A stretch of DNA of 64,000 nt, taken from assembly GCA_963703315.1 (NCBI GenBank), contig OY969811.1:972728-1036727 (forward strand). The letters run 5' to 3'. Origin of the DNA: an uncultured cyanobacterium. Its GTDB lineage: Bacteria > Cyanobacteriota > Cyanobacteriia > Pseudanabaenales > Pseudanabaenaceae. The notes below the pieces were generated by a model. That model did not search any database and had not been told where the DNA came from. It saw only the letters and a list, made by a program, of their open reading frames with translations. A program made the translations under genes and the position numbers. This document shows, in pieces, positions 40,499 to 49,847 of the stretch (the first letter of the stretch is position 1; every line of letters begins with the position of its first letter).

Positions 40499-41197
40499 AT
40501 GCTTACTATTCGCAAATCAGAAGAAAGAGGTCATGCAAATCATGGTTGGCTTGATAGTTACCATACCTTCTCTTTTGCTAGTTATTACGATCCACAGCAT
40601 ATTGCTTTTCGCTCACTGCGGGTAATTAATCAAGACCAAATAGCTGGTGGGAAAGGATTTGGAACCCATCCCCATCGTGATATGGAAATTATTACCTATA
40701 TGCTCGATGGTGCTTTAGAACATAAAGACAGCATGGGCAATGGTTCTGTTATTCGGGTTGGTGATGTCCAAAGAATGAGCGCAGGTACTGGGATTACCCA
40801 TAGCGAGTTTAATCCTTCGGCAACTGAAACTGCTCATTTATTGCAGATCTGGATTTTGCCAAATCAAGAAGGTGTGAAGCCTAGTTATGAGCAAATCTCT
40901 TTTACAAGAGAAGAGAAGCTTAACCAATTGCGACTAATTGCTTCGCCCGATGGACGCGATCGCTCGGTTACGATTTACCAAGATGCCTATATCTATGCTT
41001 CGATTCTCGAAGATGGGGCAGAAGTGACGCATCTAGTCAATCAAAATCGCTATGCTTGGATACAGGTAGCTAGAGGTAGTGTATTAATAGGCGATCGCCT
41101 ATTAACTGGTGGTGATGCGATCGCTAGCGATCAGGCTGGTGATTTAAAATTGATTGCTCAAGGTAGTGCTGAAGTTCTAGTATTTGATCTAGCTTAA
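40499..41197 (+). CDS. Pirin family protein (YhhW-like)
   Basis: SYHTFSF, GFGTHPHRDMEI, MSAGTGITHSE and LQIW motifs. Confidence 0.94.
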   Translation: MLTIRKSEERGHANHGWLDSYHTFSFASYYDPQHIAFRSLRVINQDQIAGGKGFGTHPHRDMEIITYMLDGALEHKDSMGNGSVIRVGDVQRMSAGTGITHSEFNPSATETAHLLQIWILPNQEGVKPSYEQISFTREEKLNQLRLIASPDGRDRSVTIYQDAYIYASILEDGAEVTHLVNQNRYAWIQVARGSVLIGDRLLTGGDAIASDQAGDLKLIAQGSAEVLVFDLA

Positions 41198-41243
41198 TTT
41201 ATTTTAAAGAAGTGCGGCTAAGCCGCACTTCTTTAAAATAAAT
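41197..41243. terminator. Hairpin, perfect 22-bp stem, GC-TAA-GC loop
   Basis: ATTTATTTTAAAGAAGTGCGGC-TAA-GCCGCACTTCTTTAAAATAAAT. Confidence 0.8.
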
Positions 41244-41271
41244 CGTAAAACATTTAGAGACTGAATAACCT

Positions 41272-42372
41272 GTGGGCGCAAGTAATCAAACTAATAGCAA
41301 CAAACCAAAGATTGTGTTAACAGGTGGCGGCACGGGTGGTCATGTTAGCCCTAACCTTGCTTTAATCCCATCACTTGAAGCTGATGGCTGGACAATTGAA
41401 TATATTGGCTCTCAGGAAGGGATTGAGAAACAATTAGTCGCAGAGGTGGGGATTCCCTATCACGGTATTTCGTCAGGAAAGTTACGGCGTTATTTTTCTT
41501 GGCAGAATTTCATCGATCCTTTTAAAGTGATTAAAGGGATATTCGATGCTTATTTTGCGATCGCCAAAATCAAGCCTCAAGTAGTATTTTCTAAAGGTGG
41601 TTTTGTCACGGTTCCTGTGATTTTTGCGAGTTGGTTGCAACGGATTCCTGTAGTTATCCATGAGTCTGACTTCTCTTCGGGCTTAGCCAACCGCTTATCG
41701 ATTCCCTTCGCCAAAAAAGTATGTGTGACATTTCCCGAAACGGTTAAGCATTTAGCGAAATATGCCAACAAGGTCAAGCATACAGGCTTACCCATCCGAT
41801 CCGACATTCTCAAAGGTAATGCGGAAAAAGGTCGAGAATTTTGTGATTTTAATCAAGATTTACCAATTATATTTGTAGTTGGTGGTAGTACTGGTTCCGC
41901 TAAAATCAATCAAGCAGTACGTTCTATTTTAGATGTGCTTACGCAAAGCTATCAAGTAGTTCATGCCTGCGGTAAAGGAAATCTTGATATTAATCTAAAA
42001 GATTATCCAAACTATCAACAATTTGAATATTTGGGGAAAGAATTAGCCGATGTTTTAGCATCTGCTGATTTGGTTGTGTCGCGATCGGGGGCTAATGCTG
42101 TGTTTGAGTTTCTGACTTTACGCAAACCTAATTTATTGATTCCTCTATCCAAATTGTCTAGTCGCGGTGATCAGATTCTCAATGCGAAGTCTTTTCAATC
42201 TCGTGGTTATAGTGCCGTTCTCTTTGAAGAGGATCTGACTAGTGAGAGTTTATTAAAAGCGATCGCCGATCTCGATAGTCGGCGTGATGAGTACATTCAG
42301 AATATGCATCAAAGTGAAGATGCGAATGCGATCGCCCAAATTGTTACTTTACTCAAAGAATTTAAGCATTAG
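41272..42372 (+). CDS. murG: Lipid II N-acetylglucosaminyltransferase MurG
   Basis: GGGTGGH, SGKLRRY, IHESD, GGSTGS and RSGA motifs. Confidence 0.9.
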   Translation: MGASNQTNSNKPKIVLTGGGTGGHVSPNLALIPSLEADGWTIEYIGSQEGIEKQLVAEVGIPYHGISSGKLRRYFSWQNFIDPFKVIKGIFDAYFAIAKIKPQVVFSKGGFVTVPVIFASWLQRIPVVIHESDFSSGLANRLSIPFAKKVCVTFPETVKHLAKYANKVKHTGLPIRSDILKGNAEKGREFCDFNQDLPIIFVVGGSTGSAKINQAVRSILDVLTQSYQVVHACGKGNLDINLKDYPNYQQFEYLGKELADVLASADLVVSRSGANAVFEFLTLRKPNLLIPLSKLSSRGDQILNAKSFQSRGYSAVLFEEDLTSESLLKAIADLDSRRDEYIQNMHQSEDANAIAQIVTLLKEFKH

Positions 42373-42392
42373 AGGGATGCACAGTAAAAGAT

Positions 42393-42423
42393 TTTAGTGG
42401 CGCGGCGAAGCCGCGCCACTAAA
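42393..42423. repeat. Hairpin, 14-bp stem, GC-GAA-GC loop
   Basis: TTTAGTGGCGCGGC-GAA-GCCGCGCCACTAAA between convergent genes. Confidence 0.85.
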
Positions 42424-42441
42424 TATCTGGTTCTTTATAGT

Positions 42442-42780
42442 TCAAGAAATCCTTTCTATTTCCATTAAAATTCGATCAAAGATACTTCTTAAAGTTATTT
42501 TTTCAATAGGAACTATATTTGGCATTGCGTCTGGCTCACCCAAAGAATTACTGTCTAAGAAAAGGCAAGTCTCATTATCGTCCATTAGCCATTCAACTTG
42601 TAATGATTCCTCGCGATCGCCTAATTCGCTTTGATGTCCCTCACGAAATTCCAGAACCACGTCTGACTTGTAGCCTTCAACAGGGATAAACGCAGTTAAC
42701 TTAGCGTGATAGCGGAGGTCAAAATCAACAGGGTATCCAAGATTTATTAAAGCTTGCTCTACGAGAGCAAAGGTAGCCAT
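42442..42780 (-). CDS. Hypothetical acidic protein (112 aa)
   Basis: Sole ORF filling the gap; no motif recognised. Confidence 0.6.
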   Translation of the reverse strand: MATFALVEQALINLGYPVDFDLRYHAKLTAFIPVEGYKSDVVLEFREGHQSELGDREESLQVEWLMDDNETCLFLDSNSLGEPDAMPNIVPIEKITLRSIFDRILMEIERIS

Positions 42781-42886
42781 ATTTCACTAAACCTATGTAA
42801 ATACATACTAAAAGCTTAACATCGTGTGAGAGTATTTTTTCTTGTCAAAAATTCGTCTATAATTCTGTTGATAGCCTAACAAAACT

Positions 42887-42988
42887 AAGTAGCTAAGCAT
42901 AATTAAAAATCAAAACTAAAACCTGTGGCGCACGCTGTCCGTGCGCCACAGGTTGTGGGGTTTTATATTTAATAGCGCCCAGCTACTT
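42887..42988. mobile_element. MITE-like element with AAGTAGCT...AGCTACTT termini and a 15-bp internal hairpin
   Basis: 8-bp perfect terminal IR; hairpin 42920-42954; flank shared with 40317-40421. Confidence 0.75.
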
Positions 42989-43045
42989 ATCAGTCAAAAT
43001 TATCAGTTGTTAATTCAGCGCAAAGCTTTATAAATTATCCCTTAA

Positions 43046-43762
43046 GTGACTATGGAAGTCTTGATTTTTTTTGCCACTCTTTGGGTGCTTTGGCTAATCA
43101 GTTCGCGTTGGTGGAAACGTCAGATTATTTTACCTTTGGCGATTATTGGACTAATTTATGTAATTATCACCTCTCCCGTCGGACTTACCCTAGTCAATCA
43201 AGGATTAACGTTTACAATTCCTCAAGACTCTGGTGAGAAAGTTGATGCAATCGTTGTTTTGGGAAGAGGTGCTTCACTGCGTCCTGAGCGGGTAGAATTA
43301 GCTGCTGAACTTTGGAAACAGGAACGCGCACCGATAATTTTTATTAGTGGGATGCTAGATGCAGAAGAAATAATTGCAGACTTGCAAGGGTATGGAATTT
43401 CTAAATTGAAACTAAGTGGTGAACGTTGCTCTCAGAATACTGAAGAGAATGCTCAATATACGACAGCAGTGCTTTATCCTCAAGGCATTAAAAAAATCTT
43501 ACTTATAACAGATTCGCCTCATATGCTGCGATCGCGAACCCTATTCCAAAATTATGGGTTTCAGGTTGTTTCTTACCAACTTCCTTTGACTGAACAATGG
43601 AGTGCTAATCAACAACTCATAGCTATGCTAAGAGAATATGCAGGTTTGATGAGTTATCATTGGCAAGGTCGTTTTCGCCAACGTACCCCAGACGAGATTA
43701 CAAATCCATCGGAACAAGTTAAATATCGCCTAAAGGAATGGAATTGTTACCTAAAGTCCTAA
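43046..43762 (+). CDS. YdcF/DUF218 family protein
   Basis: DAIVVLG, FISG, SQNTEENA, LITDSPHMLRS and REY motifs. Confidence 0.9.
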   Translation: MTMEVLIFFATLWVLWLISSRWWKRQIILPLAIIGLIYVIITSPVGLTLVNQGLTFTIPQDSGEKVDAIVVLGRGASLRPERVELAAELWKQERAPIIFISGMLDAEEIIADLQGYGISKLKLSGERCSQNTEENAQYTTAVLYPQGIKKILLITDSPHMLRSRTLFQNYGFQVVSYQLPLTEQWSANQQLIAMLREYAGLMSYHWQGRFRQRTPDEITNPSEQVKYRLKEWNCYLKS

Positions 43763-43809
43763 TTAAAAACCTATGGCGCACGCTGCGCGTGCGCCAGATA
43801 CTAACTATC

Positions 43810-43837
43810 AAAACAAGGGGCTTAAGCCCCTTGTTTT
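43810..43837. repeat. Perfect 28-bp palindrome AAAACAAGGGGCTTAAGCCCCTTGTTTT; degenerate copy near 46457-46478
   Basis: Seen directly; the two copies flank the radical SAM gene. Confidence 0.8.
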
Positions 43838-43842
43838 AAGAA

Positions 43843-46410
43843 TTACCGCATTGATTCGCGATGGACTTTGACTAATTTAATTTCATCCTCTTCTATTAAA
43901 TACTTATTCATCATGTAGACCACATACTCAGGCTTGAGATTGCTGTCGGGTTTACAACTACCCATAAAATGGATGGTGGGCAGTTCAGGATCAGGATTGA
44001 TCACGTTAATCGTAAAAATGCGATCGCGTAATTCAATCATTTGATCACGACCTGATTTGGACTTCTTCGGCATTTGGATCGAAGTTGCCGCTAAGACGCA
44101 GTAACTGGCTCCCTCTAGTAAATCCATAATGTCCGCCGCATTGCGCTCTTTAGGCGTGATGAAAGCACAGGTAAGCGTATACTCAGCAACCTCTAGCATT
44201 GCATCTAAAGAAGGCGCATTTACAGGTACTTCCTCGATCGCATAGATCGGCAAGTCAGCATCTAGTTCTTCTTGGAAACGCTGTTGAAAATCCTCGACAG
44301 GAATTACCTTAGTTAGCTCAAAATCCACAAACTCAGCACTGCTAGTTTGACCAAGAGGCAAAGCCTTCGCGATGGAAATGCGGGGTAATGGATTAAAGCC
44401 TTCCGTATGGGCAACGGGTAACGCCGCCCGCCTAGCCGCCCGTTGGAAGAATCGATAGAGATCCAAATGGGAAATTAAACTCATGTCGCCAAGCTTGCCA
44501 AACTTGAGGCGAATACGCTGCACTCTTGGCGGCACGATCGGTTTCTCTAGGGAAATGGGTGGTACTTCGGGCGGTGGGATGACTTCATTATGTCCAAATT
44601 CAGGTCCACAGACACCACACTCTGAGCAACCACCAAAGGAACAATCGGGAATTACTTGCGCCGCGATCGCCCTTTCCCAATCTTCGATCAGCCATTGCTT
44701 ATCAATCCCTGTATCAATGTGATCCCAAGGCAGAGGCTCGGACATTTTTAGTGATGGCGTATCCCAGACTAAACCTGCTTCAGCGATCGCCTGCGTCCAT
44801 GCCCCAAAAGCTTTCTCCGTATTCTCAAACCATGAGTCAAATCCTGCCCCCAGTTGCCATGCGCGATACAGCACCTTACCAAGACGGCGATCGCCACGCC
44901 CGACAAAATCCTCCATCGCACTGATGCGAACCTCGGTATAGTTGACCTTCACGCCACTCAAGCGGCGAAACTCTTGACGTAATAATTTCTGCTTCCGCAC
45001 AAATTCGCCACTAGAAACAGTATGCCACTGGAAAGGAGTATGGGGCTTGGGCGTGAAGTTAGAAATAGTCAAGTTAAAGGAAATCTTCTTCCGTCCCTTT
45101 TGCGAACATTCCTGTTGCAACCATTCCACTGTATTCACAATACCAATTACATCTTCATCGGTTTCTGTGGGTAAACCAATCATGAAATAGAGTTTGACCT
45201 TATCCCAACCTTCTGTATATGCAGTTTTAATCCCTTGCAATAGCTCATCATCAGTCAAGCCCTTATTAATCACATCCCGCAAGCGCTGTGTACCTGCCTC
45301 TGGTGCAAAGGTTAAGCCCTGTTGCCGACCATCACCACTACGCAGCATATGCGCTATGTTCTCATCAAAGCGATCGACTCTTTGACTCGGCAATGAGAGG
45401 GTAACGTGTTCATCTTTAAAGCGATTCTTAATCTGGACTCCCACCGATGGCAAAGCAAGATAATCAGAACAAGAGAGGGAAAGTAAAGAGAACTCATTAT
45501 AACCAGTTTCTCTGATTGCTTTCTCAATCGTATCGACCACTTTCTCTGGATCAACATCACGGGCAGGACGGGTCAGCATCCCCGGTTGGCAGAATCGACA
45601 GCCTCGCGTACAGCCGCGCCTGATTTCGATGGTTAAGCGATCGTGTACAGTTTCCACTAAAGGAACTAAGCCGATACTATGCTCAGGCATGGGAGTGGCG
45701 ACACGACGCAGGGCGCGAGGGGAAACATTACTACGATTGGGAGTGATTGCGCCTGTTTTCTCATCCATGTCGTAGAATTCGGGTACATAAACTCCATTTA
45801 CCTCATTGGCAAGATCAAGAAGAGTTTCGCGGCGAGGTTTCCCTGCGAGTTTGGCAGCTTTAATGACTTCCCCAATTTCAGGCAATAACTCTTCACCATC
45901 ACCAAGGGCAAAGAAATCGAAAAAGTCCGCATAGGGTTCGGGATTAGAAGTCGCCGTCTGTCCTCCTGCAAAGATTAATGGACATTCTTCAATGCTTAAT
46001 TCACTACGTTCTTGCCATGTCATCGGAATATTGGCAAGATCAAACATTTCGAGAACATTGGTTGCGCCTAGCTCATAGCTGAGACTAAAGCCTAAAATGT
46101 CAAATTCCCGCAGCGATCGCTTGGACTCCACGGCAAACAAATCCGTTTTAGTTTCGCGTAACTTTGTTGAGAGATCAGATGCTGGTAAATAGGCGCGATC
46201 GCATAGCTGACCATCTTTAGAATTAATAATGCTGTAAAGGATGATATGCCCCAAGTTGGACGCACCTACCTCATAGATTTCGGGATAGGTAAGCGACCAA
46301 CGCACGATCGCCTGATCCCAAGGTTTATGCACTGCGCCAAACTCGTTGCCTAAATAACGAGCAGGTTTGAGGATTTCGGAGTTAAGTAACTGTTCTACGG
46401 GTACAGGCAT
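43843..46410 (-). CDS. B12-binding radical SAM protein fused to a DUF2344-like domain (TIGR03960/TIGR03936-type)
   Basis: KPARYLGNE, RRGCTRGCRFC (CxxxCxxC), KLYFMIGLP, and C-terminal RIRLKFGK...ISHLDL..F.RA.RRA. Confidence 0.9.
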   Translation of the reverse strand: MPVPVEQLLNSEILKPARYLGNEFGAVHKPWDQAIVRWSLTYPEIYEVGASNLGHIILYSIINSKDGQLCDRAYLPASDLSTKLRETKTDLFAVESKRSLREFDILGFSLSYELGATNVLEMFDLANIPMTWQERSELSIEECPLIFAGGQTATSNPEPYADFFDFFALGDGEELLPEIGEVIKAAKLAGKPRRETLLDLANEVNGVYVPEFYDMDEKTGAITPNRSNVSPRALRRVATPMPEHSIGLVPLVETVHDRLTIEIRRGCTRGCRFCQPGMLTRPARDVDPEKVVDTIEKAIRETGYNEFSLLSLSCSDYLALPSVGVQIKNRFKDEHVTLSLPSQRVDRFDENIAHMLRSGDGRQQGLTFAPEAGTQRLRDVINKGLTDDELLQGIKTAYTEGWDKVKLYFMIGLPTETDEDVIGIVNTVEWLQQECSQKGRKKISFNLTISNFTPKPHTPFQWHTVSSGEFVRKQKLLRQEFRRLSGVKVNYTEVRISAMEDFVGRGDRRLGKVLYRAWQLGAGFDSWFENTEKAFGAWTQAIAEAGLVWDTPSLKMSEPLPWDHIDTGIDKQWLIEDWERAIAAQVIPDCSFGGCSECGVCGPEFGHNEVIPPPEVPPISLEKPIVPPRVQRIRLKFGKLGDMSLISHLDLYRFFQRAARRAALPVAHTEGFNPLPRISIAKALPLGQTSSAEFVDFELTKVIPVEDFQQRFQEELDADLPIYAIEEVPVNAPSLDAMLEVAEYTLTCAFITPKERNAADIMDLLEGASYCVLAATSIQMPKKSKSGRDQMIELRDRIFTINVINPDPELPTIHFMGSCKPDSNLKPEYVVYMMNKYLIEEDEIKLVKVHRESMR

Positions 46411-46413
46411 AGA
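46305..46413 (-). repeat. 109-bp direct repeat, copy 1 (functional 5' end of the radical SAM gene)
   Basis: 102/109 identical to 50486-50594 by hand alignment. Confidence 0.95.
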
Positions 46414-46518
46414 TGTTTTTCAAAATTTGATCTAGCTTTATTTTACATTGGCATAGACAAGAGGCTTAAGACCCTCGTTAATCAAAGGTTCACTAAGCTG
46501 TAATTGTATTCATTTCTC

Positions 46519-47085
46519 TTAAAATGTCACATCTTCATAAAGATCGGCAAATTTCCCTTCAAAGTTGATGCTCGACAATTGGAAACTGTCTTGCTCTCCA
46601 GAGTATGACTTCAAGAACCAAACACCTTCTTCGTTGCGGCGAAAACAATCAAGGCGTTGACGTTTGGTGTTGACTAGAACATATTCTTCTAGAGTTTCTA
46701 TTTGTTGATAATCAGCAAATTTGTCACCGCGATCAAATGCTTCTGTAGACTTTGATAGAACTTCGATAATTAGTTTAGGATATCTCTTTTGATTTTGTGA
46801 TTGGATATCTCTAGGATCGCAAGTCACCATCACATCTGGATAATAAAAGCGGTTTAATGAATCGATTCTCGCTTTCATGTCAGAAATATAAACACGACAG
46901 CCTGATCCTCGTAAATGATTACGAATCATCATAAAAGCATTACTTGCGATCGTGACATGAGTATCGTTTGCGCCAGCCATTGCATAAACATATCCATCGA
47001 TATATTCGTGTTTAATTGCGCTTTGTTCTTCCATTTCGAGATATTCGTCTGGAGTTATGTAATCAAATTTTGGTGTGGCAATCAT
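46519..47085 (-). CDS. Uma2 family protein
   Basis: KHEYIDG, YYPDVMVTCD, LIIEVLS and DRGDKFADY motifs. Confidence 0.93.
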   Translation of the reverse strand: MIATPKFDYITPDEYLEMEEQSAIKHEYIDGYVYAMAGANDTHVTIASNAFMMIRNHLRGSGCRVYISDMKARIDSLNRFYYPDVMVTCDPRDIQSQNQKRYPKLIIEVLSKSTEAFDRGDKFADYQQIETLEEYVLVNTKRQRLDCFRRNEEGVWFLKSYSGEQDSFQLSSINFEGKFADLYEDVTF

Positions 47086-47113
47086 ATTTAGTTACTTATA
47101 GTTTTTGATTAGT

Positions 47114-47173
47114 TATAGCTGTCGCCAGTCTTGTTAGAACATAAAACCAAAAAAGCAAGTGACTACAGCTATA
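47114..47173. mobile_element. Short MITE-like element (TATAGCTGT...ACAGCTATA) lacking the internal hairpin
   Basis: 9-bp terminal IR; left end matches TATAGCTGTCGCCA at 56939. Confidence 0.65.
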
Positions 47174-47202
47174 TCTAAGAATAATGAAATCAGGGGCATA
47201 GC

Positions 47203-47256
47203 GCGATCGCCATATAGCGCTTTTAGCTCTCGATTGAGTTCGTTAAGTACTAGCAT
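47203..47256 (-). pseudogene. Remnant of a second MNT gene 5' end, similarity ending at HIP1
   Basis: 47203-47249 is 42/47 identical to 47887-47933; it reads LNELNRELKALYGDR versus LNELKRELQALYGDR. Confidence 0.8.
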
Positions 47257-47260
47257 AGTT

Positions 47261-47638
47261 TTATTGCTCATTCAAAATTTTCTCTACTTCGCCAATAAAA
47301 TCTTTTGCTTTCTCTAAAAGCACTTCTGCTTCAGCTAATGTTCCCGTAAAGTCTGCATCATAGTCACTCAATTGTCTTAGCTCGTAAGCATCGCTTAATA
47401 TTTTTGCCCATTCGGGAGAGAATTTTCCTGTCTTCACAAAATGCTGTCCAAATAGGCGAATTGTACCTTTATGTGTGGAAGTATCTAGGTTTTGGGATAG
47501 CAATAAAGCTTTGGTTGCGTAATATATGGAATAATAGGAACGCGAGAGGTAAGTGCGATAACGCTCACGCTCTAATAAAAGTTCTGCTATTTCTAGTTCT
47601 TCTAGAGATAAAGAAAATAGTTTTTTATGTTCGTTCAT
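47261..47638 (-). CDS. HEPN domain protein (MNT-HEPN pair)
   Basis: SRSYYSIYYATKALL, THKG and RQLSDY (Rx4-6Y/H-type) motifs. Confidence 0.9.
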   Translation of the reverse strand: MNEHKKLFSLSLEELEIAELLLERERYRTYLSRSYYSIYYATKALLLSQNLDTSTHKGTIRLFGQHFVKTGKFSPEWAKILSDAYELRQLSDYDADFTGTLAEAEVLLEKAKDFIGEVEKILNEQ

Positions 47639-47964
47639 AATTCAATTCCTTCTTTTCTAATATTTCTTAAAAACTCAACATCTCTTTTGCTGAAGTCTTC
47701 TTCGGTGACAGGGATAATAGAGACAAGTTCATCACGTTCTAGTAATATTTTGACACGCAGGTTGGACATATAGGAGATCTCTTGTACTTGAGATACGGGG
47801 CTTTTGAGTACGGCTAGTAAGTCAATATCTGAGTCTGGAGTGGCTTCGCCTCTGGCGTGGGAACCAAATAGAATTAATTTAACAAGGCGATCGCCATATA
47901 GTGCTTGCAACTCTCGCTTGAGTTCGTTAAGTATTGGAGTAATGCTCGTTAAAGTGGTAGTCAT
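47635..47964 (-). CDS. Minimal nucleotidyltransferase (MNT)
   Basis: LFGSHARG...SDIDL; ATGA overlap with the HEPN gene. Confidence 0.92.
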   Translation of the reverse strand: MTTTLTSITPILNELKRELQALYGDRLVKLILFGSHARGEATPDSDIDLLAVLKSPVSQVQEISYMSNLRVKILLERDELVSIIPVTEEDFSKRDVEFLRNIRKEGIEL

Positions 47965-48141
47965 TTTCTAAGGAAAGTAACGATAAAATTCTTTGCGGTG
48001 TAATGTGCGGATGACTTCTACTGTGTTACCCGAAATTTCTATGCCAATGCGATAGTCACCTACTCGAATACGATAACGGGTTGAATATCCTTGCATGGCT
48101 TTAATATTCGGTAGTTCCTGCAAGTTCTGAGCTTCAGGCAA

Positions 48142-49434
48142 TAGGGCAACCGCACACGTTTCTTAACAAACTAGCGAACATTTCTTAACGAGGAAAAAAG
48201 GGAGAAACGGGAGAATTGAGGATATTTAGAAAGATAAGTCCAAAATGCTAGCAACAGTCAGTCCCGTCGGATTAATCGAAACCCACTTTGGGAACTTGCA
48301 AGATCCCAGAGCAGCACACAGTATCCTGCATAAGCTACTCGACATATTGATAATCACGATTTGTGCAGTGATCTGTGGAGCCGATAACTTCGTAGCAATC
48401 GCCGAATATGGCAAAGAGAAAGAAGAATGGTTAAAGACATTTTTGGAATTAGCAAACGGCATACCGTCAGTAGATACATTCGAGAGATTATTTGCGAGAC
48501 TGAAGCCAGAAGCATTGCAAAAAAGCTTTATTAGCTGGATGGAAGCAGTCCATGAATCCACCGACGGAGAATTGATAAACATAGATGGCAAAACCCTGAG
48601 AGGAGCAAAGGAAGCAGGAAATTCGCGTAGTCTGATTCATATGGTGAGTGTGTGGTCAGCATCACAACATTTGGTATTGGGACAGCAAAAAGTGGACGAG
48701 AAATCCAATGAAATAACAGCGATTCCATCATTGCTAAAAATGTTAGCGATACGAGGTTGTGTGGTGAGCATAGATGCAATGGGATGTCAGACCGAAATCG
48801 CGAAAACAATCATCGAAGAGGGAGCAGATTATGTGTTAGCACTGAAAGGCAATCAAGGTAATCTCCATAAAGATGTGCGTGAACTATTTACCTCTGCACG
48901 AGAACAGAACTTCAAAAATATTGAACATCAGTTCTATGAAACGGTTGAGAAAGGACATGGGCGCATTGAAACTCGTCGCTATTGGACAATGGGTAATACC
49001 GAATACTTAATCGGTGCAGAGAAATGGATAGGTTTGAAAAGTATTGGTATGGTTGAATCAGAGCGCATTATAAATGGAATTATTTCTACTGAGCAGCGAT
49101 ACTATCTGCTTAGTCTTGAGAGTGATGTCCACAGATTTTCCCAATCTGTCAGAAATCACTGGAGTATTGAAAATCAACTACATTGGATTCTTGATGTTGG
49201 TTTTGGTGAAGATGCTTCGCAATCCTGCCGAGGCTATATTGCCGAAAACTTGGCTGTTATACGTCATATCAGTTTAAATTTGTTGTCAAGAGATAAAAAC
49301 AGTAAGGTCGGTGTCAAGACAAAACGTCTTAAAGCTGGCTGGAACAACAACTATCTTAAGGATATCCTGAGTACCTTAAACATAGTCGCTGTCTAAATCT
49401 CGTTAATTGTTAAGAAACGTGTGCGGTTGCCCTA
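48142..49434 (+). mobile_element. ISAs1-family insertion sequence (1293 bp)
   Basis: Perfect 28-bp TIR (TAGGGCAACCGCACACGTTTCTTAACAA) and 10-bp TSD CTTCAGGCAA at 48132-48141 and 49435-49444. Confidence 0.97.
48245..49396 (+). CDS. ISAs1 family DDE transposase (intact ORF)
   Basis: DPR...H.L, IDGK, KSNEITAIP, IDAMGCQ, LKGNQ, GHGRIE and HWSIEN.LHW.LD motifs. Confidence 0.97.
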   Translation: MLATVSPVGLIETHFGNLQDPRAAHSILHKLLDILIITICAVICGADNFVAIAEYGKEKEEWLKTFLELANGIPSVDTFERLFARLKPEALQKSFISWMEAVHESTDGELINIDGKTLRGAKEAGNSRSLIHMVSVWSASQHLVLGQQKVDEKSNEITAIPSLLKMLAIRGCVVSIDAMGCQTEIAKTIIEEGADYVLALKGNQGNLHKDVRELFTSAREQNFKNIEHQFYETVEKGHGRIETRRYWTMGNTEYLIGAEKWIGLKSIGMVESERIINGIISTEQRYYLLSLESDVHRFSQSVRNHWSIENQLHWILDVGFGEDASQSCRGYIAENLAVIRHISLNLLSRDKNSKVGVKTKRLKAGWNNNYLKDILSTLNIVAV

Positions 49435-49541
49435 CTTCAGGCAAGGTTGTAAAGGCAATTTCAGAGATGCGTTGATATACTGATGTGCCTTTCAGATTTT
49501 TGAGATCTTTCAAAAATGACTGACGATAATTCACTTCCATT

Positions 49542-49757
49542 TTAATCCTCTAAAAAAGCTAGAGCTTCTGCATGGGAGTAAAGAGGAGTTTTTTTACCTT
49601 CATCCATTGCTTTATTGAGACAATAATCTTCTATAGCTTCGCTAAGGTCTTCTAGGGAGGCGTTATCAATGGGTAGGAGTTGTCTCCAAATTGCGATGGG
49701 GATGACAACGGCGGTTGTTTGTCCTTCTTTGTTAGTTAGATATTCAAGGTCTAGCAT
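49542..49757 (-). CDS. Putative antitoxin upstream of relE
   Basis: 71-aa acidic protein (EGQTTAVVIPI...IEDYCLNKAMDE) whose stop is 1 nt before the relE ATG. Confidence 0.8.
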   Translation of the reverse strand: MLDLEYLTNKEGQTTAVVIPIAIWRQLLPIDNASLEDLSEAIEDYCLNKAMDEGKKTPLYSHAEALAFLED

Positions 49758-49847
49758 GATTGACTCTCTTGTTGATGTTTTTGTGTAAACTTTCTTTTAT
49801 TTTATAACTTTAGCTAAGGGCGATCGCTTAGTCATGTATTTACAAAA

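Larger units (their letters stand above)
47968..49540 (-). pseudogene. RelE/ParE toxin gene split by ISAs1 (segments 49540-49435 and 48131-47968)
   Basis: Removing the IS and one TSD restores 270 nt: MEVNYRQSFLKDLKNL...YRIRVGDYRIG...LHRKEFYRYFP*. Confidence 0.92.
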
